DNA of 63,140 nt from Alkalispirochaeta sp. Lineage in GTDB: Bacteria; Spirochaetota; Spirochaetia; DSM-27196; Alkalispirochaetaceae. Positions within the stretch are counted from its first letter, which is position 1. Each line of letters begins with the position of its first letter. The translations under genes and the position numbers were made by a program. Below, piece after piece: positions 10,234-20,446 of the stretch. The stretch spans positions 1-63,140 of the forward strand of contig CBDESZ010000011.1 in NCBI GenBank assembly GCA_965242725.1, read 5' to 3'. The notes under the pieces were generated by a model. That model saw only the letters and a list, made by a program, of their open reading frames with translations, made no database searches and was not told where the DNA came from.

Positions 10234-11405
10234 AGGTGATGACGGGATTGCGCGTTCGGGCCTCTGTCCCGTTTCCGGCTGTGATTCTTCTCTTTGCAGG
10301 CGCCGTTGGCGGATTTTCCACCGATCATGCGGCGGTTCAAACGGCGGAACCGGACGCAGGCGCAGCCGGCAATGGTACCGTCGCTGCTCGCGAGGTACTC
10401 GAAGCGTTTGCAGATCCCGAGGCGGTGTGGGGAGCGGGCATTGAGGCGGAGATCGAACGGGCTTACCGTGAAACCTTCAGAACCTACATGATAGACCGCA
10501 GAATCATGACCCTTCGCATGCCCTTTGCCCAGAACTTCGAGCGACAGGAACTCGCCGGTACGGAGCTTGTCATTGAAGGAGACGGCAAGGCTGATCCGCA
10601 CTTCCTCTGGACGCGCATAGACTCGATCCTTGAATCCCCGGACTTCCGGGGCTATCTCGAAGCGTTGCGCGACGGCAGGGAGAAAGTCGTGATTTTCGAC
10701 TTGCCAACCCAGACGTGGCGCGTTTCACGGGAGCTTTTCGACATAGCCGGGATGAAGACCGGGGCGTATCGTGGTCTTCCCCATCGTCCCTATGTCTATG
10801 TCACCGGGAACGGCGCCGACGCGACGGACATCTACAACTATCTCTACAGCGTGGGCCGTGTCGGCATGGATTGTTCCGGCTTTGTCTGGCACATCCTTTC
10901 TTCCGTGGCCGAATCCCGGGGCGTCGACCTCGGCAGAATACTCGCCCGTACCCTCGGGGTGCGGGACGGGAAAAACGCGTCATTTTACGCGGGCACTCAG
11001 TTCTTCGACTCCGAAAGCCGGCAGCTCATCCAGGTGGCCGACGAGATTCGCAATCTCCGACCCGGGGACGTCATGCTCTTTCGAAGTCGCGACGGCCGGG
11101 CGGGCCACTCCGCGGTCATTCAATCCATTGACTTTGAACGCGGCGTGGTCCGCTACCTGCAGAGCACGGACGAGGCCCCCCAGGAGACGCGGGGGGTTCA
11201 TGAGTCATTTATCTACTTCGATCCCGACCACCCGGAGACGCGATTGAACGATCCTTCCCTTCAGTGGAGCCAGATGCGGTTCGCCCCGTTTCCCGGCGAG
11301 TACGCCTCGGCGTTCTCAAACGACGGCGAGCGGTACCGGGCCGACTTTGGAGCAGGGGGCGGAAAGGTAGTTCGACTCACGGCGATGGAAGGTCTCTTTC
11401 GGTAG
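10221..11405 (+). CDS. Secreted NlpC/P60-like (papain-fold) putative peptidoglycan endopeptidase
   Basis: Signal-like N-terminus, GMDCSGFV (Cys), LRPGDVMLF, GHSAV (His). Confidence 0.65.
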   Translation: MPILKVMTGLRVRASVPFPAVILLFAGAVGGFSTDHAAVQTAEPDAGAAGNGTVAAREVLEAFADPEAVWGAGIEAEIERAYRETFRTYMIDRRIMTLRMPFAQNFERQELAGTELVIEGDGKADPHFLWTRIDSILESPDFRGYLEALRDGREKVVIFDLPTQTWRVSRELFDIAGMKTGAYRGLPHRPYVYVTGNGADATDIYNYLYSVGRVGMDCSGFVWHILSSVAESRGVDLGRILARTLGVRDGKNASFYAGTQFFDSESRQLIQVADEIRNLRPGDVMLFRSRDGRAGHSAVIQSIDFERGVVRYLQSTDEAPQETRGVHESFIYFDPDHPETRLNDPSLQWSQMRFAPFPGEYASAFSNDGERYRADFGAGGGKVVRLTAMEGLFR

Positions 11406-13467
11406 TGCAATAGAAGGGGTAACGCGCCTCGTTACCCGGCAGAATCAGCCTCCCCTGCTCTTCAAAGTGCCACTGTTCTGCTGCGTCCGAGAGCGCGGAG
11501 ACCAACTCGGCGCCGATGAGCAGCTGCCGCCGGTACTTGCGCGTGAGGCCGCAGAGCCGGCGCGCATAGGTGACGGGGGAGCCGGTTGCCCGATATCCAT
11601 CGATCGGCGAGAGATAGAAGATAAGCTCGCCGATGTCGACACCGCAATGCACGGAAACCCCCTCACCGGAGCATGCCAAAAGGAGCTCCTCAAGCGCCAG
11701 ATATGCGTGCCGGGCCAGTCGTGCATCGACCGACCATTGCCGGTGCTCCGGGCTCTCGCCTCCTGCCGGGGGAGTCTCAAAACAGGCAATGACTGTATTC
11801 CCCTCTTCACCCAGCACCGTGCCGCCGAGAGTCCGTATCCGGCGGGAGATCGCCCGGTGAAACGACTCCGTCTCGGTCGCCTCGCCGCCATCGGGCCCCG
11901 TATCAGGCTCCATGACGACAACCACGGCGCGCCGGCGACCTCTCGTTCCCTTCGGAATGCCTCCCCGTCGGAGTGTCCGCTTCAGAAGCGGCCGGGGGAG
12001 ACGATCTGCGGCACGACCCGTGAGCGCACGCTCGACGCTCCATTGCGAGAGGAGCGCCCCAAGGATCACGGCGACCGCCGAGCCGATGAGCACGGTCGCA
12101 ATCGAGGCGGGATCGATCCATATATCCGCCGACAGGAACAGGGCGGGGAAGATCCCCGCTCCCGCCAGCAGGGCCGCCGGCAAAACGGCAATCGCCGTGG
12201 CGGCGTGAAAGGGCGCAAGGATGAGCGCCACGAGGAGGCCCGCGGCGGTAAGGAGAAGAACCCGTTTCCAACCGATCGGTGCCATCAAATAGGTATCCAC
12301 AAGGACGCTGTTGAGAGCGACTGCACGTCCGTCACCGACGGCGTCTTCGAAAATCACAAAGGAGCCGCCGACGGCCCCGGCAATTTCGTTCCGCAACGCC
12401 ATGACCGACACGTAGTCTTCCCGTAACGCGGCAAAGGCGGTTGAGAGCTCCTGCGTCATCGCACCGATCTGAGCGGTGCGTTCTTCCTGGAGCTCCCCTC
12501 CATCCGCGGTGCCGGGCTGTCGGACCAGCTGTTCGACCAGCCGCGCCTCCCGCTCTTCGCTGAGGAGCGTCGCCACCGCCGTAAAGTAACCATCCGCCGT
12601 TTCCCTCCACGCCGTCGCACGGTCCTCGGTGGGACGACGGTAGAATGCTTCTCGGAGCGACTCGACATGATCCCCCATGATCCCGGGGCGGCTCCGCGGG
12701 TCGATGTCCTCAAAGTAGCCCGCCTCATCGAGCGCCGACAGTCCCGTCTCCAATCGATTTACAAGGAATATGTAGCGTGTCAGCGACGCGTACGGAAGGC
12801 GGCGGAACGGGAGCTCTCGCCCATCCCCGGGACCGAGCGGGACGGCCAAGGCGGAGGAGAACTCCGGCAGGGAGATCCCCATGCGGGACAGCTCCGTTCC
12901 GAGACGATCGCCGCTGAACACTTCAATCATCCTCTCAACGGACAGAGCGGCACTATCGGAGCTCCGCTGCAGCTCCTCCCGGATTCGCGCCTCGCTGTCC
13001 GCAACGAGCCGGCGCAGTTGCGCGACAAAACGATCGGCATCCTCCGGTCTGATGGAGCCCAGGCGGATAGCCTCGAAAAGCTCTGCGACGTTTTCATCGA
13101 TGAGGTTAAACTCCTCATCCAGTCGCGAGTCGACCCCGGAGGGGATTGCGGAGTCGCGGGTTGCGGGCTCGGGGCCCGCTGCCTCGGGGCTCGCCGAACC
13201 GTCCCGACCAAGCCACGCCGACGGGAGCAGCGCCCGCTCCGCGCCCAACTCCGCCAGAGTCCAGATGACTTCGATCGGCGGAGGAAGCGACGGGTCGCGC
13301 TCTGGAGACTCTATCAGCAGGAGCTCCCGCGCCACCGGCGGCGCCTCTCTCACCCTCATCAGCGCATCGAAGTAGACACCCTCCGGCGAGGGCGTGTCCC
13401 CGCCTGGCAGGAGGGACAGGGCGACGGAGACGACGAGTGCGAAAAGTATGCGCAACAGCTGGTTCAT
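11377..13467 (-). CDS. Membrane protein with CHASE2-like region and a degenerate class III adenylate/guanylate cyclase domain
   Basis: N-terminal TM, YFDALMR..RELLLI, 3-TM block, GGTVLGEEGNTVIACF, HCGVDIG, GSPVTYARRL. Confidence 0.6.
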   Translation of the reverse strand: MNQLLRILFALVVSVALSLLPGGDTPSPEGVYFDALMRVREAPPVARELLLIESPERDPSLPPPIEVIWTLAELGAERALLPSAWLGRDGSASPEAAGPEPATRDSAIPSGVDSRLDEEFNLIDENVAELFEAIRLGSIRPEDADRFVAQLRRLVADSEARIREELQRSSDSAALSVERMIEVFSGDRLGTELSRMGISLPEFSSALAVPLGPGDGRELPFRRLPYASLTRYIFLVNRLETGLSALDEAGYFEDIDPRSRPGIMGDHVESLREAFYRRPTEDRATAWRETADGYFTAVATLLSEEREARLVEQLVRQPGTADGGELQEERTAQIGAMTQELSTAFAALREDYVSVMALRNEIAGAVGGSFVIFEDAVGDGRAVALNSVLVDTYLMAPIGWKRVLLLTAAGLLVALILAPFHAATAIAVLPAALLAGAGIFPALFLSADIWIDPASIATVLIGSAVAVILGALLSQWSVERALTGRAADRLPRPLLKRTLRRGGIPKGTRGRRRAVVVVMEPDTGPDGGEATETESFHRAISRRIRTLGGTVLGEEGNTVIACFETPPAGGESPEHRQWSVDARLARHAYLALEELLLACSGEGVSVHCGVDIGELIFYLSPIDGYRATGSPVTYARRLCGLTRKYRRQLLIGAELVSALSDAAEQWHFEEQGRLILPGNEARYPFYCTTERDLPSP

Positions 13468-13625
13468 ACGAATCACGAAGATAAGGATACACCATGTCGG
13501 TGAATGGCGGGTGCAACATGGGTGTAACTCACGACCCATGGCGTAAGGTCTTTGAAATGCGGCGAAGATACCGAAAATGAATTATTATGTAGATGAGATT
13601 ATCCGGACGTGGGTGGGAGAACAGT

Positions 13626-14216
13626 ATGAAACAAAAAGCGATCCAGGTACTGATTCTTGTTGCTTTGATTCCGTTCGTCATGACTTCACTCACGGGGTGC
13701 CAGAAGCCCCCGGAGGAAGAGATGTCCGCCGCACGTCAGGCGGTGGAAGACGCCGGGGCACAACCCGACGTCCGTCGATACGCCCTGCAGTCTCTCGAGA
13801 GGGCGCGGCAGCTGCTGTCGGAAATGACCTCCGCCGCGGAGAATCGGGAGTACGATTCCGCCCGGTCCCTCGCTCTTGAGGCCACCGACGCAGCCGGAAA
13901 GGCCGTTCAGGATGCGGCAAACGCCAGGGAACGGGCCCGGAACGCCGCTGAAGAGGCCGTTACCGCCGCCGCCGCCGCCCTCGAGGAAGCGCGCAGCGTC
14001 CTTGATAACGCCCGTAATGTGCGAGGCATACGTTTTGACTTCAACGTTGCCCGCAGAGAAATCGAGGCGGGCGCCGAGGCAATAGCATCCGCCGGGGCGG
14101 ACATGCAAAACGAGTCGTTCCCGGAGGCCCAGAAAAAAGCCGAGGACGCTCGGGCGTCCATTTCCGATGTCATCCGTCGAATCTCCGAGGCGGTGCAGGC
14201 GGCGTCCCGCAAATAG
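13626..14216 (+). CDS. Lipoprotein, DUF4398-like alanine-rich helical
   Basis: Lipobox SLTGC followed by KPPEEEM..A..A. Confidence 0.75.
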   Translation: MKQKAIQVLILVALIPFVMTSLTGCQKPPEEEMSAARQAVEDAGAQPDVRRYALQSLERARQLLSEMTSAAENREYDSARSLALEATDAAGKAVQDAANARERARNAAEEAVTAAAAALEEARSVLDNARNVRGIRFDFNVARREIEAGAEAIASAGADMQNESFPEAQKKAEDARASISDVIRRISEAVQAASRK

Positions 14217-14230
14217 GCAAGAGCAGCCCG

Positions 14231-14254
14231 TGCCCGCGCTATGGGGCGCGGGCA
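14231..14254 (+). terminator. Stem-loop after the lipoprotein gene
   Basis: TGCCCGCGC...GCGCGGGCA. Confidence 0.45.
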
Positions 14255-14322
14255 ACTTCGCACCGGCATTTTGTACAGTCTCGCAGGTCGAAATGGATAA
14301 TTATTTTCCCAAGGAGTACTCC

Positions 14323-15114
14323 ATGGAAATCGTTGATCTTACTCCCGAGTACGAAGGGTCGTACTTTTCCTGCCTGGAAGAGTGGTCCCCGGAGATGCAG
14401 GAAGCCGGCGATCACAAGGAGAACTGGTACCGGCGCATGAAACCCCGGGGCCTTCGGGTCAAGCTCGCAATTGATGGAACGACGCCGGCCGGAATGATCC
14501 AGTACACGCCGATCGGGAACGCCCTAATCGAGGGCGAAAACCTGTACTACACCTACTGTATCTGGGTGCATGGGCATAAAGAGGGACAGGGCAACTACCA
14601 GAAACGGGGTATCGGAACCGCGCTGTTGCGCGCAGCCGAGGGGGATGTCAAACAACTTGGCGGCAACGGACTGGTCGTCTGGGGATTGTCCATTCCCGTC
14701 TTCATGCGCGCGTCCTGGTTCCGCAAACAGGGGTACACAAAAGTCGACCGCATGGGGCCGATGGAATTGCTCTGGAAACCCTTTTCCGACGATGCCGTAC
14801 CACCCCGATTCATACACAACAGGCGGACTCCGGAGTCGGTGACCGACAGAGCCGTCGTGACATGCCTTATATCCGGTTGGTGCCCCGCCGCCAACATCGT
14901 CTTCGAGCGAGCTCGACGGGCGGCGGAGGAGCTTGGCCCGGGTGTCGAGTATCGAACCGTCGATACCACCGACCGCTCAGTCGCGCTGGAATGGGGCGAT
15001 ACCGATGCCGTCTTTGTGGATCAGAAACGGGTCTCCACGGGTCCGCCGGCGAGCTATAAAAAGGTACGGAAGACGATCGAAAAGCGGTTGAAACGCATCG
15101 GTTCCGCAGGTTGA
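14323..15114 (+). CDS. GNAT family acetyltransferase (YoaP-like C-terminus)
   Basis: ATG 14323 after AAGGAG; GMIQYTP, CIWV, QKRGIGTALL, WFRKQGY, GWCP. Confidence 0.82.
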   Translation: MEIVDLTPEYEGSYFSCLEEWSPEMQEAGDHKENWYRRMKPRGLRVKLAIDGTTPAGMIQYTPIGNALIEGENLYYTYCIWVHGHKEGQGNYQKRGIGTALLRAAEGDVKQLGGNGLVVWGLSIPVFMRASWFRKQGYTKVDRMGPMELLWKPFSDDAVPPRFIHNRRTPESVTDRAVVTCLISGWCPAANIVFERARRAAEELGPGVEYRTVDTTDRSVALEWGDTDAVFVDQKRVSTGPPASYKKVRKTIEKRLKRIGSAG

Positions 15115-15146
15115 GTGACGCGGGACGGGTCGCGCCGGAAATTCTG

Positions 15147-15174
15147 TTGACCTTTACGGTGACGGCCTTATACT
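15147..15174 (+). promoter_or_regulatory. Sigma70-type promoter
   Basis: TTGACC-16-TATACT just upstream of ATG 15182. Confidence 0.45.
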
Positions 15175-15181
15175 GGAGAAT

Positions 15182-15812
15182 ATGAGTCAGATACTTCCCT
15201 TTTCCTTTGACATACGGAGTGCAGCTTTTCTTGTCGTTGACATGCAAAACGATTTTGTTCGCTCAAATGCTCCCCTGGGCGTTCCGGATGCTCTGGGGAC
15301 GGTGGACCCGATTAACCGTGTGCGACGGAAGTTTCGTTCCCAGAACCGACCGGTGATTTTCACACGTTTCGTCGCGGGACCCGAGGAAAGTCTACTGTGG
15401 ACATGGTCACCCGAGATCAGGGAACCGACCAATTGCTGCAAGCTGGGATTCACCCGTTACTATGAGGATATCCGGGCGGAGCGGGAAGTGGTGGCGATCA
15501 TCGACGAGCTCGAAAAAGGACAGTCAGGACATCGAAATTGACAAGTACTGGTATGGAGCATTTCACCGCACCAATCTGGAAGACGTCCTCGCTTCATACG
15601 GGGTCGACACGGTCGTCGTCGCCGGAACGGTGACCCAGATCTGTGTGGAGGAAACCGCACGGCAGGCGTTTCATCACGGGTACAAGACGATAGTCCTTTC
15701 CGATTGCGTCTCGTCCTTCGATCCGCAACTCCACGACGCGACTCTGAAAAATCTGAACATGAAATTCGGCGCCGTCATGAGTTCCAGGGACTTTACGGAG
15801 CTGACGGGGTAG
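15182..15812 (+). CDS. Isochorismatase-family cysteine hydrolase, split by a +1 frameshift in the A-run at ~15513-15517
   Basis: VVDMQNDF in ORF 15182; IDKYWYGAF and TQICVEETAR in ORF 15462; removing one A joins them. Confidence 0.85.
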
Positions 15813-15851
15813 ATTTTCGGCGGAAATGCCCCCGACAATCGTCGGGCGGCT

Positions 15852-16556
15852 CTACAATCCCAGATATGCTTTCCGCACGAGATCGGAACCGAGAAGCTCG
15901 GTACCACTCCCCTCGCTCACAATTCTACCGGTTTGCAGCACGTATGCGTGGTCTGCCACATACAGAGAACGCTCCACGTTCTGTTCGACCAGGAGTATGG
16001 TTGTACCTTCGGCACTCAATCGCTGGAGGACATCAAAAATGAGGTTTACGTAAACCGGCATTACCCCCAGAGATGGTTCATCAAGCATGAGGACCTTTGG
16101 TTCCGACATGAGTCCTCTTGCTATCGCAAGGACTTGCTGCTCGCCCCCGCTCATGGTGCCGCTAATCTGTTTCCGTCGCTCCTTCAGGAGTGGAAACGTA
16201 TCGAATATCCTGGCGAGCCGGTGATTGACCACTTCCTTGCCCTTTGTACCGAACGCGCCGAGTCGAAGGTTTTCCTCAACGGTCAATCGAGTAAAAAGAC
16301 GGCGTCCTTCGGGGACGAGGGAGATTCCTCTTCGGGATACTTCATGGGCCGGCAATCCGGCGATATCCGAACCTTCAAAAAGGATTGATCCACCGCTCGG
16401 TGCCTGATGCCCCATTACGGTCCTCAGCAATGATGACTTGCCGGCTCCGTTGCTGCCGACTATTGAGGTGATCGTGCTCTCCTGAAGCGCCACCGAGACA
16501 TCGTCTATTGCCACCGCGGCGCCGTAGCGGACCTGAAGATTCTGCACCTTAAGCAT
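15852..16556 (-). CDS. livF: Branched-chain-amino-acid-type ABC ATP-binding protein
   Basis: GSNGAGKSS, VPEGRRLF, MSGGEQQ, LDEPSLG, LLVEQN. Confidence 0.92.
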   Translation of the reverse strand: MLKVQNLQVRYGAAVAIDDVSVALQESTITSIVGSNGAGKSSLLRTVMGHQAPSGGSILFEGSDIAGLPAHEVSRRGISLVPEGRRLFTRLTVEENLRLGAFGTKGKEVVNHRLARIFDTFPLLKERRKQISGTMSGGEQQVLAIARGLMSEPKVLMLDEPSLGVMPVYVNLIFDVLQRLSAEGTTILLVEQNVERSLYVADHAYVLQTGRIVSEGSGTELLGSDLVRKAYLGL

Positions 16557-17298
16557 CGTACGCTTCTCCTCCCAGGTACGCCTTGATCACCACGGGATCA
16601 TTGACCACGGCATCAGGGCTTCCCTCAGAGATGAGACGCCCCTGGTCAAGGACAATGACCTTTCCGGAGACCGACATGACCGCCTCAAGAACGTGTTCTA
16701 TCAGTACGACGGTAATCCCCTTGCGGTTAATCTCACGAACGAGCTCCACCGACTCTTTTACTTCCGCCGGTGTGAGACCTGCCATCGTCTCATCCAGCAT
16801 GAGGACCTCCGGTCTTGTCGCGAGGGCTCGGCCGATTTCAAGGCGCTTCCGTTCAGCGAGGGTCAAATCGGTCAGAGGTACATCCCGTCGATGGGCAAGT
16901 CCCATTTGCTGAAGCAGCAATTCCGCCCGGCTCACCGCATCGTGATATGAATGATCCCGAACCAACGCGCCGATTGCCACGTTATCGATCGCCGTCAGAC
17001 CTTTGAGGGGCTCCGTCTCCTGAAATACGAGCGCGAGTCCCAGTTTACAGATCCGGTGAGCCGGAAGCGCGGTAATATCCTTGCCTCTGAGAAATATCCG
17101 TCCGGAGTCGGGTTGACGACGACTACCTTCGGGACGAACCCCGCAGATCATCTTGAAAAGCGTCGATTTGCCGGCCCCATTGGGTCCGATAATCGAGACG
17201 ATTTCGCCGGAATGGACATCAAAGGAGATGTTCTCGTTTGCGACAATCCCCCCGAAGTGCTTACTGACCTCCCGGACCTGCAACAAAGACTCGCTCAT
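16549..17298 (-). CDS. livG: Branched-chain-amino-acid-type ABC ATP-binding protein
   Basis: GPNGAGKST, LDETMAGL, LIEH, DPVVIKAYLG. Confidence 0.92.
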   Translation of the reverse strand: MSESLLQVREVSKHFGGIVANENISFDVHSGEIVSIIGPNGAGKSTLFKMICGVRPEGSRRQPDSGRIFLRGKDITALPAHRICKLGLALVFQETEPLKGLTAIDNVAIGALVRDHSYHDAVSRAELLLQQMGLAHRRDVPLTDLTLAERKRLEIGRALATRPEVLMLDETMAGLTPAEVKESVELVREINRKGITVVLIEHVLEAVMSVSGKVIVLDQGRLISEGSPDAVVNDPVVIKAYLGGEAYDA

Positions 17299-18275
17299 GA
17301 CATACCCTCGTGACGCAGTCTCAGTCGCGCGCGTATTTTTGTCAGCATACGCCTGGATGAAGGAAGAATTCCCTCGGGCAGAAAGATGACGAGCAGTACT
17401 ATGACGACACCAAGTGCCGCCCGATGGACAAACGGAAACCGACTCCACAGCGTTTCCGCAAGAATCATGAAGACCACCGGTCCAACAACTGGTCCCATGA
17501 CGGTGGCAAGACCTCCGAATACCGTCATCATGATAATATTCAAAGTAATTCCGATATCGAACGCTGTTCTGGGATCGATGAACGCCACATTCAGCACATA
17601 AATACCACCCGCCAGCGCCGGAAAAATCGCAGAAAGGATAAATGCCTGGGTTTTCTTCCAGGTGGTCCGAATACCGAGGGACTCGGCCGCCAACTCATTG
17701 TTGTTGATGGCAATCAATGATTTCATGAATCGGGTTTCACGGAAGATTCTCATTCCGGCAACAACAAAGAACGCCAATAACGCCATCATCAGATATGCGC
17801 TGTCCACGCGAACCAGCGGTCTCAGGTATATGCCGCCACCGCCGCCGGTGATGCCGCGAAAGTACCCAACCAGGACACGGACCGTTTCCGCCAGGGCCAG
17901 CATCGAAATTGCGAAGTATACTTCCGAGAGTTTAAGAACCGGATAACTGATGATCGCGCAGAACAGCGCGGTACCCACCCCCGCACCGAGAAGCGCCAGG
18001 GGCCAGGGGACGTTAAGACGCACGATAAGAACCGCCGTTATATACGCGCCCAGACCCCAGAATACTACGTGGCCAAACGAGACATATCCGGTAATGCCGG
18101 AAATGATATTCCAGCTGGAGCAGAGAACGACATACATCGCGATTGCCATAAGGAGAGACTGATAATAGGGAGAGCCGATAAAGTAGTAGAGAATGATAGC
18201 GACAAAGGCTGCGCCAAAGCCGATCCTGTTCCAGATATCCAGAGCTCGGAAGTTAATCAAAAGGTCTTTCCACAT
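17295..18275 (-). CDS. livM: Branched-chain-amino-acid-type ABC permease
   Basis: SWNIISGITGYVSFGH, YFAISMLA, AAESLGI. Confidence 0.9.
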   Translation of the reverse strand: MWKDLLINFRALDIWNRIGFGAAFVAIILYYFIGSPYYQSLLMAIAMYVVLCSSWNIISGITGYVSFGHVVFWGLGAYITAVLIVRLNVPWPLALLGAGVGTALFCAIISYPVLKLSEVYFAISMLALAETVRVLVGYFRGITGGGGGIYLRPLVRVDSAYLMMALLAFFVVAGMRIFRETRFMKSLIAINNNELAAESLGIRTTWKKTQAFILSAIFPALAGGIYVLNVAFIDPRTAFDIGITLNIIMMTVFGGLATVMGPVVGPVVFMILAETLWSRFPFVHRAALGVVIVLLVIFLPEGILPSSRRMLTKIRARLRLRHEGMS

Positions 18276-19129
18276 TACGAACCTCCGAGTATCCCTTTAG
18301 GCCTGAAAAGCAGTGTCCCGATAATCGCGATAAACGCGACGGCGGCAGATATCTGAGAATCAAAGAGGTAGGCTATGATCTGTTCCAGTTCGCCTATGAT
18401 CAGCCCGCCAAGAAGAGCACCAAGGAAATTGCCCATCCCGCCGAGTACGGTCACCGCAAAGGCTTTTAGAATGAATTGTTGCCCTACCAGGGGATTGAAT
18501 GGAAAGATCGTGCTTGCCAGGTTGCCCGCGGTAGCCGCCAGGGCAGTCCCCAGACCGAACACTATAAGGTAAATACGACTGGAGTTGATTGCACACTGCT
18601 CGGCCATCTCCTTGTCAAACGCTACCGCCCGAATAGCCATTCCGATCCGGGTCTTCTGCAGAAAAAGGAACATTCCCATTGAAATTGTCAGTGCCACGAT
18701 GCCCGCTATTGCTCTGGGTCTCGAAACAAAAACACCGCCGAACTCAAAGCTTCCGCTGAGGTACTCTACGATCCGCATTTCGCCGGACCAGACCAGAACT
18801 GAAACGTTGATGATAAAGATGGACACGCCGAACGCGAGAAGCAGCGACATGAGCTCCGGTGCATTGACAACGTGTTTGATTACGACAAGGTATATCAGCG
18901 CGCCCAGGAGAAAGAATCCCGGAGCAATAACAAGGATTCCCAGAATGGGAGGTCCGCCGAAGAGAGGGAAAAAATAGTACGTGGCAAAGGCGCCAAGCAT
19001 CAGAAACTCGCCGTGGGCGAGATTGACGATTCGCATTACCCCCCAAATGAGAGTAAGCCCGCCGGCAAGAAGTGCATAAATGGAGCCGGTTATGAATCCG
19101 CTGATAAGTATGCTAAGTAGATCCTGCAT
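18275..19129 (-). CDS. livH: Branched-chain-amino-acid-type ABC permease
   Basis: GLTLIWGVMRIVNLAHGEF, GMAIRAVA, VLGGMG. Confidence 0.92.
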   Translation of the reverse strand: MQDLLSILISGFITGSIYALLAGGLTLIWGVMRIVNLAHGEFLMLGAFATYYFFPLFGGPPILGILVIAPGFFLLGALIYLVVIKHVVNAPELMSLLLAFGVSIFIINVSVLVWSGEMRIVEYLSGSFEFGGVFVSRPRAIAGIVALTISMGMFLFLQKTRIGMAIRAVAFDKEMAEQCAINSSRIYLIVFGLGTALAATAGNLASTIFPFNPLVGQQFILKAFAVTVLGGMGNFLGALLGGLIIGELEQIIAYLFDSQISAAVAFIAIIGTLLFRPKGILGGS

Positions 19130-19157
19130 CTGATTTCCTTTTTTCAAGCCAGGAAAC

Positions 19158-19190
19158 TCCGGCGGATGACCTGCAGGCTACCCGCCGGAC
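19158..19190 (-). terminator. Intercistronic stem-loop after the SBP gene
   Basis: TCCGGCGG...CCGCCGGA. Confidence 0.4.
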
Positions 19191-19199
19191 GATATCACG

Positions 19200-20399
19200 T
19201 TAGCGTCGATTCCAGGGCGGCGTTGGAAAGATGAGCTCTCCTTCTGCATCCGCTTCCGGCCAGACGACAACACGACGACCGTTCTGGATCTGGATTACAA
19301 ACATCTCCTTGCCTTTTTGTGCCCCAGTCTCCGGGTCGACATTGTACGTACCGAAGACTGTCGTCGTCTCAAGGGTACGCAACGCCTCGGCAATGGCGTC
19401 GTCGTCGATCCTGCCAACCTGCTCTATTGCAGCCTGGACGACCTGACACAGTCCGTAGGCGGTAGCTACGTCCTCGACGGGCTCCTCACCATATTCCGCA
19501 ACGTAATCGTCATAGAATCGGTTGAATCCCGGCAGGTAGGTCATCGTCGGTTCCCATTCCGTGGTACCTAAGATGTACTCCGCATCCGCTCCCAGGACCC
19601 GCACAAATTCCGGATCTACAGGAGCGATAGTGAAGTAGAAGGCCTTGGGGTTCAGACCAACCTCTTTGGATTGCCGGATCAACTGGATGGCGTCCTCGCC
19701 GCCGGTACCTCCCACAATCATATCCGGTTGTGACGCGCGGAATCGGGTAAGAAGGGCGGTAAAGTCTGCCGTATCGGCGTCATACGCTTCGTGACCAACG
19801 ACTTCGATCCCAAGTTCCTCAGCATTCTGGACGGCAGCGTCGCCAAATCCTGTCGTATACGTCATATTTGCAAATGGTATGGCAACAGAAGAAACCTGGT
19901 CGGCCAGAAGTCTCATTGCAATACCCACATAGTCATAACTCGAGGGGAGCAACCCGTTTACATACTGGTACCCCCGACCCCAGATCGCGTCGAGTGTTGC
20001 ACCTCCGGTCACGATCGGTTTTCCGTACCGCTCCGCTACGGTGGTAGCCGGCATTGTCATGTCGTCGCTCCAGGGAGCCAGAAGCGCGTCAACTTCATCC
20101 TGGTTTATCAGCCGCTCGTACAGCCGGGCCGTTGTCGTCGGATCGGACTGATCGTCGTAGATTTTCAGCTCCACCGGTCGGCCAAGGATACCGCCATCCT
20201 CGTTTACATGCTTTGCCCACAAAAGGTATCCCCGGTTGTTGTACTCGCCCGCATCGGATCCCCATCCGGTAAGCGGCAAGGCGCCGCCGAATACGATCGG
20301 CCCCTCATCCTCCATTTCCCCACTTCCGGTAGCAAATGCGCCGGTTGCAAGGAAAGCCAACATGACAATGAGAAGAAGTGTTGTCTTCATGATTCTCAT
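19200..20399 (-). CDS. Amino acid/amide ABC substrate-binding protein (LivJ-like)
   Basis: Signal FATGSGE, VNEDGGILGRPVEL..YDDQSDP, C-terminal VVWP..P.PPW. Confidence 0.9.
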   Translation of the reverse strand: MRIMKTTLLLIVMLAFLATGAFATGSGEMEDEGPIVFGGALPLTGWGSDAGEYNNRGYLLWAKHVNEDGGILGRPVELKIYDDQSDPTTTARLYERLINQDEVDALLAPWSDDMTMPATTVAERYGKPIVTGGATLDAIWGRGYQYVNGLLPSSYDYVGIAMRLLADQVSSVAIPFANMTYTTGFGDAAVQNAEELGIEVVGHEAYDADTADFTALLTRFRASQPDMIVGGTGGEDAIQLIRQSKEVGLNPKAFYFTIAPVDPEFVRVLGADAEYILGTTEWEPTMTYLPGFNRFYDDYVAEYGEEPVEDVATAYGLCQVVQAAIEQVGRIDDDAIAEALRTLETTTVFGTYNVDPETGAQKGKEMFVIQIQNGRRVVVWPEADAEGELIFPTPPWNRR

Positions 20400-20446
20400 A
20401 TGCGCCTCCTCTTAACGGTTTTTCTTCGGAGCGAACCGCCCCGATT

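Noticed and set aside
15169..15184. Leaderless transcript for the first cysteine hydrolase
   Set aside because: The -10 is 7 nt from the ATG, but a GGAG is also present; cannot be decided from sequence
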